DNA of 64,000 nt from an uncultured Gemmatimonadaceae bacterium (GCA_963829055.1 CAWHHI010000012.1:128001-192000); one strand, 5' to 3'; shown: positions 46,166 through 57,175, counted from the stretch's first letter. Numbers and translations are program-made. The notes: generated by a model from the letters alone, not told the origin.

Positions 46166-47734
46166 CTACTTCTTGGCGACCGTCTTGGTGGTGGGACTGG
46201 ATGACTTGGTCGAGGAGGTCCGCCCCTTGGTCGACGACTTGGCCGACGCCTCCTTGCTCGGGGTGCTGCGACGAGCCGCCGGTCGCACGGCGAGCTGCTG
46301 GCCGGGGTGGATGACCGCCTTCTTCATTCCGTTCAATCGCATGATCGCGCTCACGCTGGTGCCGTATTTCTCCGCAATGCCCCCGAGCGTTTCCCCGCGC
46401 CGGACGACATGCGTACGCGAGCCCGATCGCGAGCGGCTGCCGTAGATCTCGATCGCCGGGTCCGGGATGTCGAGCGCCGCGGTTACTACAGCGCGCGACG
46501 GCACGAGCAGCATCTCGCCAGGGCGCAGGCGCCCGCTCTTGAGCGCACTGACCTTCGGGTTGTACCACTTGAGCTGTCGAGCGGTGATCGACTTGCTCGC
46601 GGCGACGGAGGCGAACGTCTGCCCCTTCTTCGTTTCGACGCGGCTGTAGGCCGTGCGCTCCTCGGGATCGAGCGCGGCGAACACGCTGTCGAACCCCGCG
46701 GCGTGGCCGAGCGGCACGCGGGCCAGGAAGCGCGTCCCGGGTGGCGTCACCCCGCGCAGAATCTGCGGGTTCAGTTCGCGAATGGAGTCCAGCGGCGCCC
46801 CGCTCGCCTTCGCGATCGCGGCGAGCGGCGTTGATGCTGGCACTGAGACCGAATCGTACGCGAACGGCGTGAGCGTTCGGATCTTCATGTTGTATTTCGC
46901 CGGCTCTTTCGCGACCAGTGCAGCCGCGATCAGTTGCGGCACGTAGTTCTTCGTTTCGCCACGCAGGTAGTCGTGCTCGGCCAGCGCGAAGAACGCATCG
47001 TCACCAGTCGAGCCGTCCTGATCGTCGCCTAACCGCGACAATCCGCGAGAGACGCGACCAGACCCGCCGTTGTAGGCCGCCGCCGCGAGATACAACGAAC
47101 CGAACTCTTCGCGAAGCCATCCGAGAAACTTCACGGCGGCGTCCGTCGACCTGATGGGGTCACGGCGCTCGTCGACCCACCAGTCCACGCGGAGGCCGGT
47201 GCCGCGGGCCGTCCCGGTCATGAACTGCCACATGCCGACGGCGGCCGCTTTCGAGTACGCGTGCTGGTCGAATCCACTCTCGACCAGCGCCAGGTAGTAC
47301 ATGTCCTCGGGAATATTTGCGGCCCGGAACTTTTTGCGGATCATCGGCTCGTAGCGCGAGCCCCTCTCGAGCCGCGTTATGAACCGCTCGCGCGCAGATC
47401 CGGTGAATGCGTTGACGTAGAACTCGACGCGTCGGTGCGTCTCGTAGGACCGCACGTCGATATCCCAGGTCGCGCCCTCGGGAACCGTCGAGTCGGCGGG
47501 CGTGACTACGGAGTCGCCGAAGACCGCGACCGCTTGCCGTGTGAGCACGGAATCAGGAATCGCGATGACGACGGGTGCGATGGCATCCGGCATCCGCGCG
47601 GTGTCTCGAGCGGCAGCCGCGACCCCACTGGTTGTCTTGGCCGCGGCAGGCGCGGGGCGCGAGGCTGGCTTCGCCCGTCCTCCGCACGCAGTGAGACCGA
47701 GCACGAGAGCGAGCGTGAGTACTGCAGCCTTCAT
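46166..47734 (-). CDS. MltD-like lytic transglycosylase lipoprotein with LysM domains
   Basis: LTAC lipobox; VESGF, GMWQFM, AYNGG and ETKNYVP motifs; LysM HVVRRGETLGGIA. Confidence 0.9.
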   Translation of the reverse strand: MKAAVLTLALVLGLTACGGRAKPASRPAPAAAKTTSGVAAAARDTARMPDAIAPVVIAIPDSVLTRQAVAVFGDSVVTPADSTVPEGATWDIDVRSYETHRRVEFYVNAFTGSARERFITRLERGSRYEPMIRKKFRAANIPEDMYYLALVESGFDQHAYSKAAAVGMWQFMTGTARGTGLRVDWWVDERRDPIRSTDAAVKFLGWLREEFGSLYLAAAAYNGGSGRVSRGLSRLGDDQDGSTGDDAFFALAEHDYLRGETKNYVPQLIAAALVAKEPAKYNMKIRTLTPFAYDSVSVPASTPLAAIAKASGAPLDSIRELNPQILRGVTPPGTRFLARVPLGHAAGFDSVFAALDPEERTAYSRVETKKGQTFASVAASKSITARQLKWYNPKVSALKSGRLRPGEMLLVPSRAVVTAALDIPDPAIEIYGSRSRSGSRTHVVRRGETLGGIAEKYGTSVSAIMRLNGMKKAVIHPGQQLAVRPAARRSTPSKEASAKSSTKGRTSSTKSSSPTTKTVAKK

Positions 47735-47790
47735 GTGATCCTCTCGTGTTCTCGTTGCACGCGGACTCGAACGACTCGGACGTACGACCT

Positions 47791-47933
47791 CGCGCAGGCT
47801 CACGAGGCGGGCGTAGAAGCCGCTGGTTGCCATCCCACACCACACCACCTGTCGGAGTTCCCGTCAGGCGGTCTGAGGAGCCGGCGCCCCTGAACTTACA
47901 CGTCGCCCTGCGCACGGGAACCACTCGCCCTGA
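47791..47933 (-). ncRNA. Candidate structured RNA (rod with internal bubble), family unassigned
   Basis: Closing stem GCGCAGG/CCTGCGC, apical hairpin ACCGCCTGACGG/CCGACAGGTGGT; intergenic. Confidence 0.35.
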
Positions 47934-47968
47934 TCTTCACCAACGCCGCCCTGCGTGTAGACGGGGAG

Positions 47969-48436
47969 TCAGCGTGTCGCGATGAAGTTGCCGAGCACGC
48001 GGTTCGTCGCGTGCAGCACCGCGACGACAGCGCTTCGCAACGGGTCATCCTCGGCGAGATGACAGCCGAGCAGCCGCTGCTGCGGCCCACCGCCGTGCGT
48101 CGCGAGAACGGAGACGATGACGATGTTCGCGTCGAACGCACGCATCGTCTTCACCCCCACGAGCTCGAAGCGCAGAGTACCGCTGGAGAACTGTTCGATC
48201 GCGCGCAGCGACGCATCCGCGGCGACGCGCAGATCTCCGAGCGTGCTCGTGACGCCCTCCGCCTTGCCCGTGACGCGTTCGCCTTCCATCCACTCCAGCT
48301 CCACTTCGGAGCGACACGTGCCGGAGGGTGCGCGATGAAAAACAAAGTTCGTGAAGCGGAGTCGCTCGCGCTTCAGCTGCGCCTGACTGATCACCGAACC
48401 GCTGGGGTGCTCGCTCGACGACGAGGGAGGAAGCAT
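47969..48436 (-). CDS. Hypothetical protein
   Basis: Coherent alpha/beta ORF ending AVLHATNRVLGN. Confidence 0.7.
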   Translation of the reverse strand: MLPPSSSSEHPSGSVISQAQLKRERLRFTNFVFHRAPSGTCRSEVELEWMEGERVTGKAEGVTSTLGDLRVAADASLRAIEQFSSGTLRFELVGVKTMRAFDANIVIVSVLATHGGGPQQRLLGCHLAEDDPLRSAVVAVLHATNRVLGNFIATR

Positions 48437-48572
48437 GCAGTTTGGGTGGCCAAGTGAGGAGTTTCGGACGGCATGGGCTGCTGCTTCAGGAACACGACTG
48501 AGGGAGCCTCAGGCAACGCCGAAACGGACTCTTCGATTGCACGAATCGTCAACGCGTCTATATTCGCGGATC

Positions 48573-49487
48573 ATGCGACTCGGATCACATAACGCGCGCA
48601 TTTTCTGCGGCGTCCTCCTCGTGTGCATCGTCACGCGTTCGGTATTCGCTCAGGCCGGCGACTCGTTGCGCGCACAGCTCGCGGAACGCATTGCGGCGAC
48701 ACCCGGTGCGGTTGTCGGCGTGTACTACAAGTCACTCGCGTCAGGCGAGCTGGTCACGATCGATCCGGATTCGTCGTTCCACGCGGCGAGCACGATGAAA
48801 GTTCCGGTGATGATCGAGTTCTTCCGACAGGTGGAACGCGGCGGCCTCGCGGCGACGCAACCAGTGCTGCTCGTGAATCAGTTCGCGTCCATCGTCGACG
48901 GCTCACCGTTTTCGGTGGCGCCGATCGATGACTCCGACAGCACGATGTACCTGCGCATCGGGGATCGCGTATCCGCACGCGAGCTCGTGGAACGGATGAT
49001 CGTTCGCTCGAGCAACCTCGCGACGAACGCGGTCATCGCGCTCATCGGCGCCTCGCACGCGGACTCCACCGCGCACGCACTCGGCGCGCGGAACATTCGC
49101 GTGCTGCGTGGCGTGGAGGACGGCAAGGCGTTTCAGAAAGGCATGAACAACACGACGACGCCTCGCGACCTCGGCGTCTTGCTGGAGGCCATCGAGCGGC
49201 GTACTGCGGCGTCGAAGATCGCGTGTGATACGATGCTCGCGATTCTCAGTCGTCAGGAATTCAACGACGAGATTCCGGCCGGTCTCCCGCCGGGCACACG
49301 CGTCGCGCACAAGACGGGAAGCATCACCGCGGTGCTGCACGACGCCGCGATCGTGTACCCGCAGGGCAAGACGCCGTACGTCCTGGTCGTGCTGACGCGA
49401 AACATTCCCGACGAACGCGCAGCGCGCGTCCTGATCGCGGACCTGTCACGGCTCGTCTACCAGCACGTCGGGCAGCCTGCTAGTTAG
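48573..49487 (+). CDS. Class A beta-lactamase-like serine hydrolase
   Basis: ASTMK (SxxK), SSN and HKTG motifs; signal peptide. Confidence 0.88.
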   Translation: MRLGSHNARIFCGVLLVCIVTRSVFAQAGDSLRAQLAERIAATPGAVVGVYYKSLASGELVTIDPDSSFHAASTMKVPVMIEFFRQVERGGLAATQPVLLVNQFASIVDGSPFSVAPIDDSDSTMYLRIGDRVSARELVERMIVRSSNLATNAVIALIGASHADSTAHALGARNIRVLRGVEDGKAFQKGMNNTTTPRDLGVLLEAIERRTAASKIACDTMLAILSRQEFNDEIPAGLPPGTRVAHKTGSITAVLHDAAIVYPQGKTPYVLVVLTRNIPDERAARVLIADLSRLVYQHVGQPAS

Positions 49488-49498
49488 GCACCATCGAA

Positions 49499-52357
49499 CT
49501 AGTTAGGCACCACCGTGTGAGTTGGCGCGTTGAGCGGCAAGTCGACAGTGAACACGCTTCCCTCTCCGATCGTACTCCTCGCGCTCACGTTGCCGCCGAG
49601 TAGTCGGGCCAGTTGACGGGCCACGCTCAGTCCAAGTCCTGTGCCACCGGCGCGACGCGTCATTCGCTGGTCGACTTGCCAGAAGGCATCGAACACACGC
49701 TCGAGATGCTCGCCCGCGATGCCCGGCCCGGTATCCGATACCTCGAACTGCACACGGTCGTTACACACTCGCGCCGATAGACGCACGGCACCGGCCGCCG
49801 TGAACTTCACCGCGTTCGCCAGCAGGTTGATGATGATCTGGCGGACCTTCTGCGGGTCGCTGCGCATGAGGGCGCGTGAGTCGTGACCCGTCAGCGTGAA
49901 TTCGAGCGATTTCTTCTCCGCCAGCGGACGCACGATCGACGCCGCCTGTTCCAGTAACGCCGCCAGCCCGAAGTCCTCGACGCGCACGTGCTCGCGACCC
50001 GCCTCGATGCGCGCGAAGCTGAGGATGTCTTCGATGAGCATGAGCAGGTGTTCGCTGCTCGCTCGCACGCGGGAGAGATGATCGCGCTGTGTGTCGTTGA
50101 CCGGGCCGACGACTTCATCGGCCAACAGCTCTGTATAGCCAACGACCGCGGTGAGCGGCGTTCGCAGCTCGTGGCTCATGATCGCCAGGAAATCGCTCTT
50201 CGCCTGGTTCGCCGCTTCGGCCTCGGCCCGAGCACGTCGCTCGGCGTCATGCAGGCGCGCGTTGTCCACCGCCATCGCGACGCGCTGCGCCAACTCCTCG
50301 ATCAACGCGCGGTCCTTCTCGTCGAACCGCCGCCGGCCGCCGGTCGTGGACAGCGACATCACGCCGAGCGTGCGTCCGCGCGCGCGGAGCGCGACGAACA
50401 CACAGGATGTCGGATTGAGACGTCGCGCGAGTGCCAGTGAGTCGGCGGAGTCATCGACGACGAGCGGCAGAACGCCCGGGGTGATCTCGGGATAGAAGAG
50501 CGACACTCCGGTCGCCAGGACCGCTCGTGCTGGATGCCGCGATTCGGGGGTGATGGGATTTCGCTGCCGCATCTCACCCACGAGACGCGTGAGCTCGTTG
50601 GAGTCGAACACCGTGGCCACGCGCTCCAGTTGCGAGCCCTGCGCGACGAGGTCGATGACACAGCTGCTCGCGACCGCTGGGACAGCCAGCTCGGCGATGT
50701 TGGAGAGGGTCGTCTCATAGTCCAGCGAGGACGACAACAACGTGCTCGCTTCCGCCAGAAACCGAAGGCGCTCATCGTGACGCCGGCGCTCGTCGATATC
50801 GCGAAAGATGAGCGACAACCCATCGTCTGTCGGGTAGGCGCGATACTCGATCCAGCGCTGCATCGAGTTGCTGTAGGTCTCGCCGATCGCGTGATGCCGG
50901 CCTGCCATCGCGCTGCGCAACGCGCGCGCGAACTCCGTGCCCTCGTTCCCGGGGTGCACGTCCCAGAGCACGCGACCAATGAGATCCTCGGCCTGAAGGC
51001 CGAGGAGGTCAGCCGCGACGCGATTGATGTACCCGTAGCGCCACTGCCGGTCCAACGTCACGAAGCCATCGGCGATCGCCTCCAGCACGTTTGCCTGGCG
51101 CTGCTGTACCGCAGCGATGGCCTGCTTCGCTCGCATCTCCGACACGTACAACCGCGCCCGGTCGACTGCCTGCGCGCACTGGTGCGCGAGCGCCGCCAGC
51201 AGCGTGCGTTCGTACGGCCCGAACGTGGCGCCGGCTTCGAAGTCGAACGTCATGGCGCCAACGCACCGATCGTTCGCCATGAGCGGAATCGCTGCGGTGC
51301 ATTCGATGCCGTCGCGACTCATGATCAGGTCGGGATAGCGCGCGCGTCGGTCGATAGCGCTCGCGAGGATGATCGGCTCGCGTGCACCTAACGCATCCGT
51401 CACCGGTAATGCGGCGTGCATCGGCACGCGGCGCGCCTGCTCGAGCACCTCCGTCCCGTATCCAGCCGCACCAACGAGATCGAGCGCGGTTCCGGGATCG
51501 GCGATGACGTAGACGAGCGCCGAGCACGCGCCTAACGCTTCGAGCCCGTGACTGACGATGACCTCACCGACCTGCGAAGGCGTCCGGGCGGTGGACAGCG
51601 CCGCGGTGATCGACTGGAGACGCTCCAGCCGCAGCGCCGCCTGTTCCGCGACGACCCGCGCCGCGCGCTCATCGGCGTACAGGCGCGCGTTGTCGATCGC
51701 GATCGCCGCATACCGCGCGAGATCCTGCGCCAGCGTCAGGTCATCTCGCTCGTACCGCCGATGGGACTCCACCATGCCGAGAGAGATCGCGCCGAACGTA
51801 CGGCCGCGCGCGATGAGCGGCACGCAGATCCCGGATCGCAGCCCGATCCGGAGAAAGACCGCCTTCTCCTGTTCCGACAGACCGGCGCGGCGAATCAGGT
51901 CATCGGTTACGTTCGGGAAGAACGCCGGCAGCCCCGTGCGCAGCACCTGCGGTAGCCCGTTCGGCGATCCCCAGTCGCGTTCAACGTCCGCGCCAAGCTT
52001 TCTCGCCCAGGCGAGTTGCGCGCCGTCTCGGCCAGCAACCGCCACACGCCGTACGACTGGCGGCCATTCGCCGGCGGCCTGCGGGTGCACGACGTCGACC
52101 GCACACCAGTCAGCGAAGGTGGGCACCGCGGCGTCAGCCACCTGCTGGAGTATGCCTTCGTAATCCAGCGACTCGGACAGGAGTCGCCCGACTTCGGCGA
52201 GGAAGACGGCTCGCGCCCGCGAGCTCGGGGCCGCTTCGGTGGCGTGGTCTGGCGATACGCCGTTATCCGGCGACGTCAGCCCGCTGACAGCGGCACCGTC
52301 CCCGGGAACCGACGTTCTCGGCGATCGTTTCGGAGCGGCGGTGTGGTCGAAGTCCAC
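49499..52357 (-). CDS. Multi-GAF/PAS sensor histidine kinase; start uncertain
   Basis: Three GAF-like repeats, PAS, SHELRTPL, NAVKF, DTGPGI and GTGLGL motifs. Confidence 0.92.
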   Translation of the reverse strand: MDFDHTAAPKRSPRTSVPGDGAAVSGLTSPDNGVSPDHATEAAPSSRARAVFLAEVGRLLSESLDYEGILQQVADAAVPTFADWCAVDVVHPQAAGEWPPVVRRVAVAGRDGAQLAWARKLGADVERDWGSPNGLPQVLRTGLPAFFPNVTDDLIRRAGLSEQEKAVFLRIGLRSGICVPLIARGRTFGAISLGMVESHRRYERDDLTLAQDLARYAAIAIDNARLYADERAARVVAEQAALRLERLQSITAALSTARTPSQVGEVIVSHGLEALGACSALVYVIADPGTALDLVGAAGYGTEVLEQARRVPMHAALPVTDALGAREPIILASAIDRRARYPDLIMSRDGIECTAAIPLMANDRCVGAMTFDFEAGATFGPYERTLLAALAHQCAQAVDRARLYVSEMRAKQAIAAVQQRQANVLEAIADGFVTLDRQWRYGYINRVAADLLGLQAEDLIGRVLWDVHPGNEGTEFARALRSAMAGRHHAIGETYSNSMQRWIEYRAYPTDDGLSLIFRDIDERRRHDERLRFLAEASTLLSSSLDYETTLSNIAELAVPAVASSCVIDLVAQGSQLERVATVFDSNELTRLVGEMRQRNPITPESRHPARAVLATGVSLFYPEITPGVLPLVVDDSADSLALARRLNPTSCVFVALRARGRTLGVMSLSTTGGRRRFDEKDRALIEELAQRVAMAVDNARLHDAERRARAEAEAANQAKSDFLAIMSHELRTPLTAVVGYTELLADEVVGPVNDTQRDHLSRVRASSEHLLMLIEDILSFARIEAGREHVRVEDFGLAALLEQAASIVRPLAEKKSLEFTLTGHDSRALMRSDPQKVRQIIINLLANAVKFTAAGAVRLSARVCNDRVQFEVSDTGPGIAGEHLERVFDAFWQVDQRMTRRAGGTGLGLSVARQLARLLGGNVSARSTIGEGSVFTVDLPLNAPTHTVVPN

Positions 52358-52586
52358 GGAGGCGCAACAGTTTGAAGCCGATTGTCGATGCGCGGGCGGT
52401 GTAAGATTCGCCGAGTCGCGCTGCCCGCAAGTGCCGACGCCGTGTTGGTACTGTCGGAGGCGAGCGACAGATCGGCGATTGGTGACCCGAGGCGCGCATT
52501 CCCAATCCTCGACGACGGAAGACCAATCGGAACGGTCACCGGCGAGCCCAGCCATTGTTTCGATTCTAGACCGCGAGCCGCGACGC

Positions 52587-53697
52587 GTGCCTAGTCCTGA
52601 CCTTTCGCGTTCCGTCGGTGACTCCGAGCCGCTCGTCGAGCGCGACGTGGTCATCGTCGGCGGCGGTCAGTCCGCGCTGGCCGTGAGCTACTACCTCCGA
52701 CGCACGGGATTGTCGTACGTCTTACTCGACGACGGCGCTGCGCCGGGTGGAGCGTGGCGGCACACATGGCGATCATTGCGACTGTTCTCGCCGGCGCAGT
52801 GGAGCTCGCTGCCGGGCCGGCTCATGCCCGGTGGCACGCATCGATATCCGTCGCGGGACGAGGCGCTCGAGTACCTCGCCGACTACGAAACGCGCTACGA
52901 TGTCCCGGTGGTGCGCCCGGCGCGCGTCAATGCGGTGCGGGACGATCGAGAGCGCCTCGTCGTCGATTCCAGCGTGGGACGCTGGTCGGCGCGCGCCGTG
53001 ATCAGCGCGACGGGAACGTGGGCGGCGCCTAACGTGCCGCGCGTGCCGGGTGACGACGTGTTCACTGGGCGGATCCTTCATTCCTCGCGCTATCGCTCGC
53101 CTGAGACATTCGCTGGCCAACGCGTCATCGTCGTGGGAGGCGGGAACTCCGGCGCGCAGATTCTCGCCGACCTGCATGAGCACGCCAGCGTGACGTGGGC
53201 CACGCGATCGCCCCCGACGTTCCTGCCGGACGACATCGACGGTCGGTATCTCTTCAGCGAAGAGAGCGCCCGCTACCGCGCGACGACAGCAGGCACCGCG
53301 GCTCCGCCGCGCACGCTCGGTGACATCGTGATGGTCGAGCCGGTGCGGAAGGCGCGGGACGATGGCGTTCTGAACGCGATACCGATGTTCACCGCATTCA
53401 CGGCTGATGGTGCCATGTGGCCAGACGGGAGCCGCACGCGCGAAGATGCCGTGATTCTCGCGACCGGATTCAAGCCGGCAATCGCGCACCTCGCGCCGCT
53501 CGGCATCATCACGCCTAACGGGAGAGTGGAAGTCCGCGGCACGCGTTCCGTGCGAGACCCGCGCGTCTGGCTTGTCGGGTACGGCGAGTGGACAGGGTAC
53601 GCGTCGGCTACGCTGATCGGGGTCGGACGCACGGCGCGCGCGACTGTGGACGAAGTCGCGCGCGCCCTTCGGTGCCGATGGAGAAGACCGGCCCTAA
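52587..53697 (+). CDS. ArsO-type NAD(P)H-dependent flavin monooxygenase; probable frameshift near 53670 hides the real stop
   Basis: GGGQSAL, WRSLRLFSP, ATG, GGGNSG and VGYGEWTGYASATLIGV motifs. Confidence 0.82.
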
Positions 53698-53741
53698 CGA
53701 TTGCGGATTCACCCCGCCTGATGATCTCGAGCACCGCGCGC

Positions 53742-54305
53742 TCAGCTGAGCTTGCTTCTGACCGCTTTGGCCCGCTCGAGGTGTGCCTCCATCTTCGGCA
53801 GCGTCTTCGTGATCGCGCGCTTCAGGTTCGCGTCCTTGGTCTTCTCGTCGAGGTCCTTCAGGACGCCGATCGTCTCCTGGTGCAAGTCGATCTGCTCATC
53901 CATGAATTCCTTGTCGAGCTCCTTGCCATCCTTCTTGGCCTTCAGGTCCTCGATATCCTTCTTGAATTCCTTTGCGAGGTCGGCCGCCTTCTCGCTCATC
54001 TGCGGCTCGACGTTGAGCTTGGTCGCGAGCCCATACATGGAGTCGAGCGCCGCACGATGATCCTTGACCATCATGCGCGCGAATTCCTTCACAGTCGGGT
54101 CCGTCCCGTGATTCACTCCGAGCTGGCTGTAGTCGACGACACCGTGGTGTATCATCGCGAGCACACCGATGACTTCCTGTCCGGTGCCCCGTGGTGAGGT
54201 TATGAGCGGGGCGATCGGTTGATCGATCTTCAACGGGCGCGCGGCCAGGATGCCGACTATGCTCAGGGCCAGAGCGGCCGTGAGTCGAAGCACTTGGGTC
54301 TGCAT
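53742..54305 (-). CDS. DUF4142 family exported protein
   Basis: VKEFARMMVKDH, LDKEFMDEQIDLH and LPKMEAHL motifs; GGAGGGG RBS. Confidence 0.85.
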   Translation of the reverse strand: MQTQVLRLTAALALSIVGILAARPLKIDQPIAPLITSPRGTGQEVIGVLAMIHHGVVDYSQLGVNHGTDPTVKEFARMMVKDHRAALDSMYGLATKLNVEPQMSEKAADLAKEFKKDIEDLKAKKDGKELDKEFMDEQIDLHQETIGVLKDLDEKTKDANLKRAITKTLPKMEAHLERAKAVRSKLS

Positions 54306-54972
54306 GTCCCCCTCCGAGTTAGGCATGACACGCAAACGTCGGGACAAGCCTCGTGCGGCGAAAGTGTCCCGATGGTAGCATCTGATCGGACGGCGGCGCA
54401 CCACTGGCGCCAGTATCGTGCGGCATGCGCCATGATCCCACAAACCTGGACCACGTGGCCATGAGCAGGCCGCTTCTATCCGAGCGCATGACGGCGGCAC
54501 TCGCCACGCGGTGGCGACTGGACGCGCCAGTTGCCGATCGCGCCCTGCGGCGTTCTGGACGCGGCGGGTCGTTGGCGGACCGCCTGCGCTGTGGCTGCGA
54601 TGCCCGCCCAGTTGGACAAGACGCCGAACGCAACGCGACGCCTAACGGCATTCCGCGGCTGCCCCAGAACAGGCCACGCCGGTGGGTGCCTAACGGCGCA
54701 GCAAGTGCCACACGCTCGCACGACGGGCGGCCTCGGGTGGCTGGCGTCCGGCAACGTACATGCACCGACGACCGCGATCACGCGCTGGTCGAGAGCGAGG
54801 CCGAACTCCTGGCCGAGGCGGCAACACGATACACGGCAGCGGAGGCCGGAGCACCGGCCCGGAAGGCTCGCGCAGTAGGGCGATACACCAGGCGATACAC
54901 CACCGTACCGACGCCCAGCATTGCCTTGACAGTTAGGCGGGATAATCGCTTTGAATTCCGGCAGTTACAGCA

Positions 54973-55045
<73 letters not shown>

Positions 55046-55114
55046 GCTCGTGCAGGTCGATGAATCTATTCACCCGCCCGCGCCCGTGGCACTGATTCCC
55101 CGCGTCGATCCCGC

Positions 55115-57175
55115 CTACGACACCAGCAGGTGCTTCACGACTTTCACGAGCGCCATAGGCAGCTGCTGTGGATTGCGCAGCACGGCGTGCCCAGCCTCGC
55201 CAAAGATCCGACCCAGGTACTCCTGGCCCTGGCGGTCGATGGTCAGGCAGAACGGATAGACCCCCTGCCCACGCGCCTCGATGATCGCCTGACGCGTATC
55301 CTCGACGCCGCTCAGCCCCTCGTAGTCATCCACGTCGTTCGGCTTTCCGTCGGAGATGATCAGGAGCAGCCGGTGCGCTGCCGGCTGCTCCTCCAGTAAC
55401 GCCGCGGCGTGGCGGATGGCGGCACCGGCGCGTGTGTACCCCTCGGGCTCGAGCGCAGCCATGCGGCGCCGTACGAGCTTTCCGTTCTGCTCGTCGAATG
55501 ACTTGATCGTCCTCATGCGCACGTTGCTGCGTCCCTTGCCTGAGAACGTCAGCACGGCGTAGAGATCGCCCAGCGCGTCGAGAGCCTCGCTGGCGAGCAG
55601 CAGTGCCACTTTCTCGACGTCGATCACCCGTCGCTGGGAGTCCACCCATTCATCCGTCGACCCGCTGATGTCGATGAGCAGCATGATCGCGATACCCCGG
55701 CGCGCAGGGCGGACGGCGATGTAGAGCCGGTCATCCACACCGTGGCCAGCGCGCTGGTCCACGAGCGCACGCACACACGCCGACAGATCGAGCGCGTCGC
55801 CATCGCGCTGCTGCGACATTCGGGACCGTCGCGCGCGCAAGCGCTCGAACCGCTCCCGGAGGCGCCTAACGAGCGCGCCGTGCCGCGCGAGAATCGCATC
55901 GCCCCACCGGTCGTCGGCGACGTCCGGCTCGTGCCGGCGTACGACCGCGCCGGCGGCGCGATAGTCTCCGGTTTCCCAGTCCCACTCCGGGTACTCGATG
56001 CCCTCCCCTGCCGGCTTCGGCCGCGGAACGCGACTCTTCGCGCGTGTCCGATGCGCTGCGCCCTCCGCTCGGCGATCGGCTTCCGTCGCTGACTCGGGAG
56101 AGTCCGGCTCCATCGCGCCCGCATCACGCTCCGCCGCGTCGTTGTGAGGCTTCGCCTGCACCGCGCCGGCCTCCGCGCCCGTGCCATCCGACGATGCGAC
56201 TCGTCGCTGCCCTTCCGCGTGAGGCACGACCTTCCCGTCGCGCCGAGCGTCGGTGCTGCCCTCGTCGACACCGCTCTGACTCGATTGCTTGCCACCGCTT
56301 CCTGACCCACGACCGAACTGTCCAACGCCGTACTTGCTACCGCGGAACGCCGCCAGATCATCAGCGGGCTTGATGGGCGCGGCGCCAGGTTTCGGCGGAG
56401 GAATGCGCACGTTGCCCCACGGCGCGACGGGCGCGATGCCGCGGTACTTCCCGCTGACCTCGGGCGTTTCACTGATCGTGCGCCGCGCCCATTCCAGCGA
56501 ATCGTCAGGCGATCCGGCCGAGGCGCCGGCGCCAGAGCTCGGTCGCGTTAGGTCCGTCGCCAACGACTTTCGGAGCAGACTCTCGACTGCACGCTCCGCC
56601 GCCGTCAATGCAATCAGTGACGGTCGCATTCCGAGCGCCTGCGCGCGGGCGGCGACGAGCGCGCTACGAAGGCCCGGGACAGATCGCGCGATCGCCGCGT
56701 CCACCTCCGCGCCCTCGCGCAACAGGTACAGGTCACGCTCGACTGACGTCGCCGCTGCGGACACCCGCGACGTGGTCCCGCGCGCGATCCGCTCCGCCTG
56801 CTCGATTGCCATGAGTCGATACTCGGTGAGCGCGCTCTCGACATCGCCCCGCGCGATCTCGCGCGGAAGTTGAATGCGCTCGCCGTCAGTCGCCGGTAGC
56901 GGCGCGCTGTGACGCAGATGCGCCGGGCCCACGAGATCGCGAATGAACGACCACGCTTTCCGCTTCGGCGCCTCGGCGACCGTGATGGGAATCGGTCGGT
57001 CGTACACCGCGGTCACGAGCAGCTCGAGCCGACGACGAACGTCATCGAGCCGCACGACACCGCGCCGCTGACCCGCGAGCGCCGTGCGCGCAGTCCCGAG
57101 TGCGGCGACGACATTCGCCGCCGCGCGACGGATCGCCGAGGTCGCGCCCGCGCCCACGATCGGCGAGTAAGCCAC
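55115..57175 (-). CDS. NorD/CbbO-type VWA domain protein
   Basis: YPEWD, LIDISGST (MIDAS), YTRAGAAIRHA, ISDGKPND and PFCLTID motifs. Confidence 0.88.
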   Translation of the reverse strand: MAYSPIVGAGATSAIRRAAANVVAALGTARTALAGQRRGVVRLDDVRRRLELLVTAVYDRPIPITVAEAPKRKAWSFIRDLVGPAHLRHSAPLPATDGERIQLPREIARGDVESALTEYRLMAIEQAERIARGTTSRVSAAATSVERDLYLLREGAEVDAAIARSVPGLRSALVAARAQALGMRPSLIALTAAERAVESLLRKSLATDLTRPSSGAGASAGSPDDSLEWARRTISETPEVSGKYRGIAPVAPWGNVRIPPPKPGAAPIKPADDLAAFRGSKYGVGQFGRGSGSGGKQSSQSGVDEGSTDARRDGKVVPHAEGQRRVASSDGTGAEAGAVQAKPHNDAAERDAGAMEPDSPESATEADRRAEGAAHRTRAKSRVPRPKPAGEGIEYPEWDWETGDYRAAGAVVRRHEPDVADDRWGDAILARHGALVRRLRERFERLRARRSRMSQQRDGDALDLSACVRALVDQRAGHGVDDRLYIAVRPARRGIAIMLLIDISGSTDEWVDSQRRVIDVEKVALLLASEALDALGDLYAVLTFSGKGRSNVRMRTIKSFDEQNGKLVRRRMAALEPEGYTRAGAAIRHAAALLEEQPAAHRLLLIISDGKPNDVDDYEGLSGVEDTRQAIIEARGQGVYPFCLTIDRQGQEYLGRIFGEAGHAVLRNPQQLPMALVKVVKHLLVS

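Noticed and set aside
48573..49487. Bona fide antibiotic-resistance beta-lactamase
   Set aside because: SxxK/SxN/KTG are present, but the sequence fits the broad class A-like serine hydrolase group; activity cannot be inferred from sequence alone.
53698..54197. C-terminal extension of the 652-aa monooxygenase ORF
   Set aside because: It is the antisense shadow of the DUF4142 gene; the real stop is probably the TAA at 53695-53697 after an indel.
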